From: Mycoplasmatota bacterium
GTDB lineage: Bacteria > Bacillota_I > Bacilli_A > RF39 > UBA660
Direction of reading: 5' to 3'
Assembly: GCA_022771205.1 (NCBI GenBank)
Contig: JALFCF010000005.1
Span: forward strand, 90,399 to 154,398
DNA length: 64,000 nt
Shown: positions 40,495 to 51,519 of the stretch, in pieces
Numbering within the stretch: position 1 is the first letter of the stretch
How the letters are laid out: every line of letters starts with the position of its first letter
Position numbers and translations under genes: made by a program
The notes under the pieces: model-generated
What the model was told of the DNA's origin: nothing
Database searches by the model: none
Seen by the model: the letters and a program-made list of their open reading frames with translations, nothing else

Positions 40495-40944
40495 TTAACT
40501 ATTTCTTCTATTTCTAAAAAACTCTTTCATAATTCTATCTACTTTTTCCACAGCCAAGTCATTAATAATAGAAACACCAGCATTATTTTTATCAGATTTT
40601 AAAATTTGTAAAACTATTTCACTATTTTTAGAATCAGAATTAGATAATCCACAATAAATGTGACTAACTCTAGCTTGTTTTAATGCACTAGCACACATAG
40701 GACATGGTTCTAAAGTAATATACGCATCACATTGTTCCAATCTCCAATTATTTATTTTAGATGATGCTTCTTCTATAGCTAAAATTTCCGCATGTTTAGT
40801 AGCAGAATTCATTTGTTCTTTCATATTATGAGTTAAAGCTAACACATGGTTATTTTTAACAATTACACATCCAACCGGCACTTCTCCTTGTTCAAAAGCC
40901 TTTTTTGCCTCTTCTAAAGCCATATCCATATATTTTAAATTCAT
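40495..40944 (-). CDS. tadA: tRNA-specific adenosine deaminase
   Basis: HAEILAI ... PCPMCASAL CDA zinc motifs. Confidence 0.88.
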   Translation of the reverse strand: MNLKYMDMALEEAKKAFEQGEVPVGCVIVKNNHVLALTHNMKEQMNSATKHAEILAIEEASSKINNWRLEQCDAYITLEPCPMCASALKQARVSHIYCGLSNSDSKNSEIVLQILKSDKNNAGVSIINDLAVEKVDRIMKEFFRNRRNS

Positions 40945-40957
40945 AAATCACCTCAAA

Positions 40958-41045
40958 ATAAAAGCGCACATAAAAGTTAATCATTAAGGCTGCTACTTCC
41001 CAGTCCTGACCTGTTTCTGACACTTTTATTGCGCTACAACCATTT
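40958..41045 (-). ncRNA. ffs: signal recognition particle RNA, small (4.5S-like) type; ends approximate
   Basis: Minus strand reads GUAGCGCAAUAAAAGUGUCAGAAACAGGUCAGGACUGGGAAGUAGCAGCCUUAAUGAUUAACUUUUAUGUGCGCU. It contains the domain IV motif AGGUCAGG...GGAAG.AGCAGCC, closed by the helix GCGCAAUAAAAGU/ACUUUUAUGUGCGC. Confidence 0.7.
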
Positions 41046-41095
41046 TAATATAAAGAAACAAATTTGTAAATAATATTTTTAATTATCTATATTAT

Positions 41096-41116
41096 ATGTT
41101 CCACGTGAAACTTTTT
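41096..41116. repeat. copy 1 of the 21-bp motif ATGTTCCACGTGAAACTTTTT (CACGTG-centred palindrome)
   Basis: Read directly. Identical to copy 2. Confidence 0.7.
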
Positions 41117-41207
41117 AGATACATAAAAAAAACGAAATCTCCGATAATGATTCTTTTAACATATTTTTCTTTTTACTAAATTCACCATATAAAACAGAAT
41201 CAAAACA

Positions 41208-41228
41208 ATGTTCCACGTGAAACTTTTT
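41208..41228. repeat. copy 2 of ATGTTCCACGTGAAACTTTTT
   Basis: Read directly. 112 bp after copy 1. Confidence 0.7.
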
Positions 41229-41432
41229 TTTAAATATATATGTGTTTATATTATTATTGAACTAATATAAAACACTATTAAAAACAATAAAATCAAATTC
41301 ATTATTTCAATATCATTAATATATAAATTTTATATATGTTAAGTAGAACAAAATCATAATAAAAGCACCATAAAAATTATTTCCCAAAATTATTTCCTGG
41401 GAAATAATCTAATTAATAACAAAAAGAAATAT

Positions 41433-41453
41433 ATGTTTCACGTGAAACTCTTC
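41433..41453. repeat. copy 3, ATGTTTCACGTGAAACTCTTC (perfect 14-bp palindrome GTTTCACGTGAAAC)
   Basis: Read directly. A degenerate fourth copy (ATGTTAAGTAGAAC) lies at about 41336..41349. Confidence 0.65.
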
Positions 41454-41771
41454 AAATAAATTAATATAAAAAACCATAACACTAGTAAAAAATACCCACA
41501 TAACATACTACCTTTCTTTGAAAATTATTTCTATAAATATTAATTATATATATATATATACGTAAAATTTATGCTTGAAAACAGAAAAAAACATGACTTG
41601 CGTTTTATATTTGTTGTTTCAAAAAACTTTTTTCCACAGGTGATAGAAGCAAAATTGAATAAATAAAAAAACAAACATTAAAAATATATTGATATATAAG
41701 GAATCTAAAACGCAAAATAAAAGAAGTAAAATTTTTACTTCTTTTATTCTAAATAACCATTATAAATCAAA

Positions 41772-44282
41772 CTATTTACTAATTTCGTTGGTTTGCGTAT
41801 TTTCTTCGTTTGAAATATTTTTTTCCACAGATGATTGTTCCTCGTTTTCACTGTTTTCTTCTGTATCATCTTCTTTATCCACAATAGCAACAGTAGAAAC
41901 CTTTTGATCATCTTTCAAATTAATCAATCTAATTCCTTGAGTTGCTCGTTTCAAAGTAGATACTTGTTCTAATGGTAATTTAATGATAACACCACTATCT
42001 GTCATAATCATTAAATCACTTTCATTCTCTGGATTAACGCATTTCAAAGCAACCATCATACCATTTTTATCTGTAATATTAAGTGCTTTAACTCCTTTGC
42101 TACCACGATGAGTTAAACGATACTCATCTATTTCTGATTTTTTACCATAACCATTCTCTGTAACAATCAAAATCAATTGATTTTGCTTAAGTACTTCAGC
42201 ACCAATAACCTTACTATCATCTAGTTCAATTCCTTTAACTCCTGAAGCAGTACGTCCCATTACGCGAACTTCATCCTCATTAAATCGAACCATTCTACCA
42301 TTATTAGATCCTATTGCAATCTCATCATTACCAGTAGTAACACCGACATAAATTAATTCGTCATCCTCTTTTAAAGTAATTGCAATTTTACCACTCTTAC
42401 GTATATTATCAAACTCAGATAATTCTGTACGCTTAATAATACCATTTTTAGTGACAAAAACTAAATACTTATGTTCTTCATTATCTGCAGATAAAGAAAT
42501 AATAGAACTAACATTTTCATCTTTTTCTAATTGTAATAAATTGATAATTGGTAATCCCTTAGATTGCCTACTAAATTCAGGAACTTCATAACCCTTCATT
42601 CTATAAATTCTACCCTTATTTGAGAAGAATAATATATAATCATGAGTCTTCATAGAAACCAATTGTTCCACAAAATCTTCTTCATTCGTAGCCATACCCT
42701 TAACACCTACACCACCACGGTTTTGAGTTTTATAAGTATCAGCCTTCAAACGCTTAATATAACCTTTATGAGTCAAAGTAACAATTATATCCTCAACAGG
42801 AATTAATGACTCGTCTTCAATATATTCTATAGCCGTCATATCAATGTTTGTACGACGTTCATCACCATATTTATTCTTAATTTCAGTCATCTCATCCTTA
42901 ATAATTTGTAATACTTTAGGTTCACTTGCCAAAATAGACTTCAATTCTTCAATTTCAGCAAGTAATTCTTGCAACTCATTCTCAATCTTATCTCTTTCTA
43001 ATCCCGTCAAACGACGTAATTTCATCTCTAAAATAGCTTGAGCTTGCGCTTCTGACAATTTGTAATTATTTCTAAGACCTAACATTGCCTCTTCATCATT
43101 TTTAGCAGACTTAATTAATTGAATAATATCATCTATGTGATCTAAAGCAATTTTCAATCCTTCTAAAATATGAGCTCTAGCCTCATCTTTTGCTAAATCA
43201 AACTTTGTACGACGAATAATTATTTCCTTTTGATAATCAATATATTTAGAAATAATATCCTTTAATCCCAATGTCTTTGGAACACCTTGGTCTAACATTA
43301 AGAAAATAATTCCATAATTTGTTTGAAACGCAGTATGCTTATATAAATTATTAAGCACAACTTGTGGATTAGCATCTTTTTTAAGAGTAATAGTAATTTT
43401 AATACCATCTTTTAAATCAGTATGATAATCAGTAATACCATCAATTACCTTATTATGAACAAGTTCAGCCACTTTATTTTTTAATTCTAATGTATTTATA
43501 CCATAAGGAACTTCATCAACGATAATATAATGTCTACCATTTTTCTCTTCTATTCTAGCCTTACTACGAATAGTTATACTTCCTCTACCTGTTTCATAAG
43601 CTTTCTTAATACCACTATTACCTAAAATAGTAGCCCCGGTTGGAAAATCAGGTCCCTTAATATACTGCATTAACCCATCCACATCAATATCTGGATTATC
43701 AATATAAGCAATACATCCATCAATAACTTCCTTCAAATTATGAGGAGGTATATTGGTAGCCATACCAACAGCTATCCCCATAGTTCCATTAACTAAAATA
43801 TTAGGAAATCTAGAAGGTAATATTTCAGGTTCCTTTTCAGATTCGTCAAAGTTAGAAATAAAATTAACAGTATCTTTATTAATATTTCTAAGTAATTCCA
43901 ATGATATTTTAGATAAACGAGACTCTGTATAACGCATTGCAGCAGCCCCATAACCTTCAATATTACCAAAATTACCATGACCATCAACTAACATATAACG
44001 ATAAGAAAAATCTTGTGCCATACGAACCATAGCTTCATATATACTAGAGTCACCATGAGGGTGATATTTTCCCATGACATCTCCAACTATTCTAGCGCTC
44101 TTCTTATGGGGTTTGTCAGGTGTATAACCTGATTCATACATCGAATACAAAATTCGTCTGTGAACAGGCTTTAAACCATCTCTAAGATCAGGTAAAGCAC
44201 GAGATACAATAACACTCATCGAATATTCAAGAAAAGAGTCCTTTACTTCATTAACTATATTATTCTGTTCCAATCTATCCAT
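41772..44282 (-). CDS. gyrA: DNA gyrase subunit A
   Basis: [24 protein letters not shown] and the active-site Tyr region. Acidic C-terminal tail. Confidence 0.95.
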   Translation of the reverse strand: MDRLEQNNIVNEVKDSFLEYSMSVIVSRALPDLRDGLKPVHRRILYSMYESGYTPDKPHKKSARIVGDVMGKYHPHGDSSIYEAMVRMAQDFSYRYMLVDGHGNFGNIEGYGAAAMRYTESRLSKISLELLRNINKDTVNFISNFDESEKEPEILPSRFPNILVNGTMGIAVGMATNIPPHNLKEVIDGCIAYIDNPDIDVDGLMQYIKGPDFPTGATILGNSGIKKAYETGRGSITIRSKARIEEKNGRHYIIVDEVPYGINTLELKNKVAELVHNKVIDGITDYHTDLKDGIKITITLKKDANPQVVLNNLYKHTAFQTNYGIIFLMLDQGVPKTLGLKDIISKYIDYQKEIIIRRTKFDLAKDEARAHILEGLKIALDHIDDIIQLIKSAKNDEEAMLGLRNNYKLSEAQAQAILEMKLRRLTGLERDKIENELQELLAEIEELKSILASEPKVLQIIKDEMTEIKNKYGDERRTNIDMTAIEYIEDESLIPVEDIIVTLTHKGYIKRLKADTYKTQNRGGVGVKGMATNEEDFVEQLVSMKTHDYILFFSNKGRIYRMKGYEVPEFSRQSKGLPIINLLQLEKDENVSSIISLSADNEEHKYLVFVTKNGIIKRTELSEFDNIRKSGKIAITLKEDDELIYVGVTTGNDEIAIGSNNGRMVRFNEDEVRVMGRTASGVKGIELDDSKVIGAEVLKQNQLILIVTENGYGKKSEIDEYRLTHRGSKGVKALNITDKNGMMVALKCVNPENESDLMIMTDSGVIIKLPLEQVSTLKRATQGIRLINLKDDQKVSTVAIVDKEDDTEENSENEEQSSVEKNISNEENTQTNEISK

Positions 44283-44295
44283 CTTTTCCTACCTC

Positions 44296-46233
<1,938 letters not shown>

Positions 46234-47343
46234 CTACTTTCTCTCAACTTTACCATTTTTCACATTGTATATATAAGCATCCGTTAAATACTTTTTATTT
46301 ATATTTTTCAAATCAGTAGTTGTAATTACACTCTGAATACCTGTATGAATTAATTTTAAAAGTCGATTTCTCTTTTTTAAATCTAATTCACTAAATATAT
46401 CATCCAAAAGAAGGACAGGTTTAGTACTTAACATACTTTCGAATATAGGAATTTCTGACAATTTATAAGCAAGGACAGCAGTCTTTTGCTGACCTTGAGA
46501 CCCAAAAAACTTCAAATTTTTATCGGACAAGAAAAAAGAAAAATCATCCCTATGCGGTCCAACAAGTGTCATACCATAATTTAACTCTTTTTTATAATTC
46601 TTTTTATAGTAATGTTTCAAAGTTTTACGAATAGTTTCACCATCATAATCAGAAAATTCTATATTTGGTTCATATCTAACCAATAACCCGACTTCCCCAT
46701 TAATATCTTTATAATAAGTATTTATAGATTCATTAATTAAATCTAAGTATTCTTTGCGCTTCTGATAAATAAAAGTAGCTTTTTCGATTAATTTATCAGT
46801 AATAATATCCAAATAACTAGAATCAGCTATAGAATTTTGAAATAAAACTTTCAAATACTCATTTCTAGTTCTAAGCAATTTATTATACTCATTATAAATA
46901 TTTAAATAAATTTTAGAAATTTGCGAAAGCTGTATGTTTAATAGGTTGCGTCGTACATTTGGAGATCCTTTTATAATTTCCAAATCATCAGGTGAAAATA
47001 CAATAATATTCAAATTAGAAATATAATCAGCAACTTTGCGAATCTCTGTTTGGTTTACAAATAATTTTTTCTCATTATCAACTATTTCTACTTCTAATTT
47101 AGATATTATTTTTTCTTTCTGAATAACTCCTTTAATTTTTGCTTTCTTTTTATTGAACATAATAACATTAGGATGTACGCCTAAACGATGAGATTTAGTA
47201 AGTGCCAAAAAAGTTATTGCCTCTAAAATATTTGTCTTACCTTGCGCATTATCTCCTACAAATATGTTCATTCCCACACCTAATTTAATAGATAAAGTAG
47301 AATAATTTCTAAAATTTAATAAATTTAATTTAGTGATTTTCAA
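46234..47343 (-). CDS. recF: DNA replication and repair protein RecF
   Basis: Walker A GDNAQGKTN and ABC signature; position dnaN-x-recF-gyrB. Confidence 0.9.
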   Translation of the reverse strand: MKITKLNLLNFRNYSTLSIKLGVGMNIFVGDNAQGKTNILEAITFLALTKSHRLGVHPNVIMFNKKKAKIKGVIQKEKIISKLEVEIVDNEKKLFVNQTEIRKVADYISNLNIIVFSPDDLEIIKGSPNVRRNLLNIQLSQISKIYLNIYNEYNKLLRTRNEYLKVLFQNSIADSSYLDIITDKLIEKATFIYQKRKEYLDLINESINTYYKDINGEVGLLVRYEPNIEFSDYDGETIRKTLKHYYKKNYKKELNYGMTLVGPHRDDFSFFLSDKNLKFFGSQGQQKTAVLAYKLSEIPIFESMLSTKPVLLLDDIFSELDLKKRNRLLKLIHTGIQSVITTTDLKNINKKYLTDAYIYNVKNGKVERK

Positions 47344-47466
47344 TCAGACTTAAAAAAAAGACCCATATAATCACCTATCCCCTACTTCGGTATTCCTATA
47401 CATACATATATATTATAGCATAAAATAACCAAATAAGATAGGAAAAAGTGATTTTATAGATACTTT

Positions 47467-47916
47467 TTATAGGTTAGATTTTCTTTTTCTCATCATAAAA
47501 TCTAATCTAGACGCTCTAGATATTTGATTTTCTAAAGTTCGATAAGAAACTGGAACAATAATTTCTTTATTATTATCAAATATAACCTTAGTATTAACAC
47601 TATCTACCTTTTCAAAAAATTTAATTCTTTTTAAAGAAATCCAAATACAATCTTGAGACTTTGGAGAAGTAGTAGGAAAAACAATCAAATTATCTGTATC
47701 TTCTACAATTACAGGTACTTTATATTCAGCTCCTAATATTGATTTAGCACTATCTTTTCTTCCTTCATAAGTACTACCAAAATACTTACAACTATCTTCC
47801 ATTATTTCAAATGGACTCTGATTAACCAAAAAGCGATCTTCATCCTCATATACTAAGCTTTGATTAATTTCATTTGGCATAATTGCCAAAGTTCCTTTAT
47901 TAATTTCATATTCCAT
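47467..47916 (-). CDS. comK: ComK-family transcription factor homolog
   Basis: YEINKGTLAIMPNEI...SCKYFGSTYEGRKDSAKSILGAEYKVPVIVEDTDNLIVFPTTSPKSQDCIWISL...VSYRTLENQ. This parallels B. subtilis ComK (SYEVNGATIAVLP...SCRFFGSSYAGRKAGT...FLFPTLSS...QCGWIS...ISYNSFENQ). Start ATG at 47916 behind AGGAGGGGG. Confidence 0.6.
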   Translation of the reverse strand: MEYEINKGTLAIMPNEINQSLVYEDEDRFLVNQSPFEIMEDSCKYFGSTYEGRKDSAKSILGAEYKVPVIVEDTDNLIVFPTTSPKSQDCIWISLKRIKFFEKVDSVNTKVIFDNNKEIIVPVSYRTLENQISRASRLDFMMRKRKSNL

Positions 47917-48046
47917 AAAATTTCCCCCTCCTAAACATGAAATTGTCCCTAGAATACTAAATTCAATTGTCATATTTTGTCATTTTATAAAATTTGCTCA
48001 ATAAAATTATCAAAAATAAAAGAATCCACAATATTTGTGGATTCTT

Positions 48047-49174
48047 TTAATATGTACGAATAGGTAAAACTAATTGAGTTAAAGTTTCATCTTCACTAGA
48101 CTTAATTAATATTGGTTTAATTTCTCCAACAAAATGAATATCAACAGTTTCAGTGGAAAAACTCTTTAATGCTTCCATCATATATTTTGCACTAAATGAA
48201 ATTTTTATATCTTCACTATTATTTTTCAGTATAGGCATTTTTTCTTCTACTCGACCAATTTCTACAGAAGAACTTTTTAACACCAATATATCGCCCTTAG
48301 TTTCCAATGTAACGATGTTTTTCTCTTTATCACTAGTTAATATACTAACTCTATCAATCACGTCGTAGAAAGCATTTAAATTAGTACTAACAACTAAATA
48401 AGAATCATCTGGTAACAAATTAGATGTATTAGGATAAGTTCCATTAATTAAACGAGACTCAAATTTTAAATTACCAGTCTTAAATAAAATTTTATTATTA
48501 AAGATGTGTAATTCAATATCACCATCTTCATCATCAATAATTCTAGAAAATTCTAAAATATTATGACTAGGAATAACTATATTATAATTCTCTTCACTGG
48601 CACCATCTAATTTTATTACCTTTCTTGCTAAACGGTAAGAGTCAGTAGAATTACACTCTAATACATCCCCTACTATATTAAAGTTAATACCAGTTAAAAC
48701 AGGTTTACTTTCTTCATTAGAAGAAGCAAAAGCAGTTTGATTTACAATATCCTTAAAAACAGAAGCTTTAATATGAACTTTTTTCTTACTTTCTTCTAAA
48801 CCGATATTAGGATATTCACTTTCACTAATACCATTTAAATTAAATTCACTGTTTTCTGTGTAAATTAATATTTTTAATTCATCAATAACTTCTATATTAA
48901 TATATTTATCTGGTAACTTACGTACAATATCTAATATATACTTTCCCTGAATAATAATACTACCCTCTTGTTCAACTTTAAAATCCTCCTCATTGGTAGA
49001 TTCAATCATAGTTTGAATAGTAATATCATTATCACTAGCAGTTAAAGTTAACTTTTTCTTTTTTAGTTCAAACTTAATACCAGCTAAAACTGGAATAAGA
49101 TTTTTAGTTGAAATAGCCTTAGATACCTTATTAAGTGCATTTAATAATAAATCCTTTTTAATTGTTAATTTCAT
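48047..49174 (-). CDS. dnaN: DNA polymerase III beta sliding clamp
   Basis: Three-domain beta clamp; MKLTIKKDLLLNALNKVSKAIS. Confidence 0.9.
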   Translation of the reverse strand: MKLTIKKDLLLNALNKVSKAISTKNLIPVLAGIKFELKKKKLTLTASDNDITIQTMIESTNEEDFKVEQEGSIIIQGKYILDIVRKLPDKYINIEVIDELKILIYTENSEFNLNGISESEYPNIGLEESKKKVHIKASVFKDIVNQTAFASSNEESKPVLTGINFNIVGDVLECNSTDSYRLARKVIKLDGASEENYNIVIPSHNILEFSRIIDDEDGDIELHIFNNKILFKTGNLKFESRLINGTYPNTSNLLPDDSYLVVSTNLNAFYDVIDRVSILTSDKEKNIVTLETKGDILVLKSSSVEIGRVEEKMPILKNNSEDIKISFSAKYMMEALKSFSTETVDIHFVGEIKPILIKSSEDETLTQLVLPIRTY

Positions 49175-49306
49175 TTATATTCCTTCTTTCTTTTTTTGTT
49201 TTTATTATTATTACTGTGGAAAAAGTGAAAAACTATAATTTTAATAAGTTCTACAATGATTTTAACATATTTTATCTTGTGGAAAAAGAAAAGTTTTTCA
49301 TTTTTT
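49175..49306. promoter_or_regulatory. oriC part 2 (dnaA-dnaN spacer): DnaA boxes plus an AT-rich unwinding region
   Basis: TGTGGAAAA (= TTTTCCACA) at 49214-49224 and 49276-49287. T/A tracts at 49180-49210 and 49291-49306. Confidence 0.55.
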
Positions 49307-50695
49307 TTACACAACCCCTATATCTTTTTTTAATTTTTCAATGATATTTGCTAAATCTTTGTTAACTTTTATTTCTCTTTCAATCTTCTCGACAGAATGC
49401 ATTACTGTAGTATGATCTTTTCCACCAAATTCAGTACCAATTTTAGGGAATGACTCATTTGTCATAATTCTACAGAGGTACATTGCAATCTGACGTGGAA
49501 AAGAAATATTAGAACTTCTCTTCTTACTTCGAATATCTTCAACAGAAATCTGAAAGTATTCAGATACAATTTTTTGAATACGCTGAACGTCGTTCTTTTC
49601 CCCCATTCCTTTACTAATAAAGTCTTTTAGTGCTTCAATAGCTAAGTCTAAAGTAATTTCGGCACCTCCCATGATTGTAGAATATGCAATTAATCTAGTA
49701 ATAGATCCTTCTAATTGTCTAACATCAGTACCAATATTCGAAGCTATATATTCGACAACATCATCTGGAATTTCTGTTTCAAAGTTACCAGCGATAATCT
49801 TTTTCTTTAAAATTTCCGTTCGAAGAGTAAAATCTGGAGGGAAAATATTTACTGTTAATCCCCAACAAAATCGAGTACGAAGACGATCTTCAAGCAATTT
49901 TAAGTCATCAGGAGACCTATCAGAAGATATAATTATTTGTTTACTATCATTATATAAGCTATTAAATGTGTGAAAAAATTCCTGCTGTGTTTGTGTAGCT
50001 CCGCCTAGAAATTGAATATCATCAATAATTAATACATCAATGTTTCTATATTTATTTTTAAAGAAATCCACATAATTAAAATTTGTACCTTTATCATCTT
50101 TTTTGTTAATTCCAATAAAATCTTGAATAAATTGATCAGATGTAACATAAAGAACACGACGATTACTGTTTTCAGTAATATAATTTCCTATCGCATGCAT
50201 TAAATGAGTCTTACCTAATCCACTATTACCATAAATAAATAGTGGGTTGTACATATTTCCTGGATTTTCAGCAACAGATAATGCAGCAGCATGAGCAAAC
50301 TTGTTACTATTTCCTACAATAAAATTATCAAAAGTATATTTGCTCTTCAAATTTGATTGTGCTTGATTATGTGGAACTCCGAAGTTCTCATTATTATTTT
50401 GAATATCCCCCTGCTCTATTTCAATAGTTTTTTCTTCCTCTTCAACAATTTCTTCTTTCAGTAAGAACACTAATTCAAAATTAGTACCAGTAATATTATT
50501 TAAATGATTCAATATAAGATCTGAATAATTATCTGCTAAATGTTTCTTATGTATCGGCATTGGTACAATAATATAGGCTTTACCACCATCAAGTTTATGC
50601 AATTCAGTATCTTTAAACCAAGTATCAAAAGAAAGAGAGGTCAAATCGTCTTTAACTTCTGTTAGAAATTTAGACCACAAAATATCTACATTCAT
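49307..50695 (-). CDS. dnaA: chromosomal replication initiator DnaA
   Basis: AAA+ (GNSGLGKTHL), DnaA signature, C-terminal HTH. Start ATG at 50695 (MNVDILWSKF). The 39 upstream codons in the track read through the DnaA-box array. Confidence 0.95.
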   Translation of the reverse strand: MNVDILWSKFLTEVKDDLTSLSFDTWFKDTELHKLDGGKAYIIVPMPIHKKHLADNYSDLILNHLNNITGTNFELVFLLKEEIVEEEEKTIEIEQGDIQNNNENFGVPHNQAQSNLKSKYTFDNFIVGNSNKFAHAAALSVAENPGNMYNPLFIYGNSGLGKTHLMHAIGNYITENSNRRVLYVTSDQFIQDFIGINKKDDKGTNFNYVDFFKNKYRNIDVLIIDDIQFLGGATQTQQEFFHTFNSLYNDSKQIIISSDRSPDDLKLLEDRLRTRFCWGLTVNIFPPDFTLRTEILKKKIIAGNFETEIPDDVVEYIASNIGTDVRQLEGSITRLIAYSTIMGGAEITLDLAIEALKDFISKGMGEKNDVQRIQKIVSEYFQISVEDIRSKKRSSNISFPRQIAMYLCRIMTNESFPKIGTEFGGKDHTTVMHSVEKIEREIKVNKDLANIIEKLKKDIGVV

Positions 50696-50790
50696 TCGAC
50701 CATCTCCCCACAAGTAAAAATTATACCAATAGTTTAGCTCAAATTGTGAAAAAAAGAAAGAAAAAAACACAAAAAAAAAGAAATCACAAG

Positions 50791-50922
50791 CTATCCACAA
50801 AATATTCCACAAAAAAAGTTAAATAAAATAAAGATAAAAATAGCATTTCCACAGTTTCCACAGATTTTTTATAACAACCGTGTAAAACCAAATCCACAGC
50901 ACTGTGGATATTGTGGAAACAA
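50791..50922. promoter_or_regulatory. oriC part 1 (upstream of dnaA): cluster of about 7 DnaA boxes
   Basis: Both orientations are present: tATCCACAa, TTCCACAa, tTTCCACAg x2, aATCCACAg, TGTGGATAt and TGTGGAAAc, all within 130 bp. Confidence 0.65.
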
Positions 50923-50950
50923 TAAAAAGCCTTAAATTTGTAAGTTATGA

Positions 50951-50980
50951 TTGACAAAACAAAGATATTATTATTATAAT
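50951..50980 (+). promoter_or_regulatory. sigma-A-type promoter for rpmH
   Basis: TTGACA (50951-56), a 17-18 nt spacer, then TATAAT (50975-80). Confidence 0.5.
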
Positions 50981-51012
50981 AATGTAGATTTATGTCTGGA
51001 GGTGGAGAGAAG

Positions 51013-51135
51013 ATGAAAAGAACATATCAACCAAACAATCGTAAAAAATCAAAAAGATTAGGATTTTTCGCACGTAAGAAAACAAATATTTTAAATCGTC
51101 GTCGTCGCAAAGGACGTAAAAACCTTTGTAAATAA
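51013..51135 (+). CDS. rpmH: 50S ribosomal protein L34
   Basis: MKRTYQPNNRKKSKRLGFFARKKTNILNRRRRKGRKNLCK, a canonical L34 behind a GGTGGAGAGA SD. Below the ORF-track size cutoff. Confidence 0.92.
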   Translation: MKRTYQPNNRKKSKRLGFFARKKTNILNRRRRKGRKNLCK

Positions 51136-51183
51136 TTTACCGCTGCTAAAACAGTGGTTTTTTACTTATAAAGAGGTGATAAG

Positions 51184-51519
51184 GTGAAAAAATTATTTAT
51201 TGTAAAGCACAAATATGATTTTGATAAAATTATTAATAAAAAAGATAGGAAAAAGAATGATATCTTTATCATCTATTCTGAAAATAACAACTTGCCTTAT
51301 GCTAGATATGGAATATCAGTAGGTAAAAAGTTGGGAAATGCAGTATATAGAAATAGAAAGAAAAGACAAATACGTTCCATAATCGATAATTTAGAAAAAG
51401 ACTATATAAAAAAGAAAGATTATATTATAATATTAAGAGAGAAGGGAAAGTATTTAGAATATCAAGAACTAAATCATAAATTAAAGTCCCTTTTAATTGA
51501 AAGAAAGGACCAAAAATGA
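51184..51519 (+). CDS. rnpA: ribonuclease P protein component
   Basis: GTG start behind AAGAGGTGA. Basic RNase P protein (ARYGISVGKKLGNAVYRNRKKRQIR). Confidence 0.85.
   Translation: MKKLFIVKHKYDFDKIINKKDRKKNDIFIIYSENNNLPYARYGISVGKKLGNAVYRNRKKRQIRSIIDNLEKDYIKKKDYIIILREKGKYLEYQELNHKLKSLLIERKDQK

Noticed and set aside
41096-41453. Considered whether the repeated 21-bp palindromes constitute a CRISPR array
   Set aside because: There are only 3-4 copies with irregular spacers of about 90-110 bp, the repeats are not all identical, no leader or cas genes are nearby, and the spacers are AT-rich low-complexity sequence. This is not a CRISPR.
41046-41771. Looked for the rRNA operon and tRNA genes expected next to gyrA in Bacillus
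   Set aside because: There is no GC-rich stretch, no GGTTCGA-type T-loop, and nothing resembling 16S/23S/5S. The island is too AT-rich to encode structured rRNA or tRNA.
41689-41907. 72-aa plus-strand ORF at the edge of the non-coding island
   Set aside because: It overlaps the gyrA C-terminal coding region on the opposite strand. Its Ser/Phe-rich translation is driven by the T-rich strand, and it has no SD. This is a chance ORF.
50696-50812. ORF-track N-terminal extensions (dnaA MWNILWIACDFFFF..., clpC MSIFWVLYFLKLF..., transporter MSKKKTLCRVFF..., lys[10 protein letters not shown], mnmG MLISVWENRSDY, rplJ MLENLFYGIPKYEGGVL)
   Set aside because: These read through leaders, DnaA boxes or upstream gene ends, often from a TTG/GTG. 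In each case an internal ATG/GTG with a properly spaced SD gives the conserved N-terminus, so shorter coordinates were reported.
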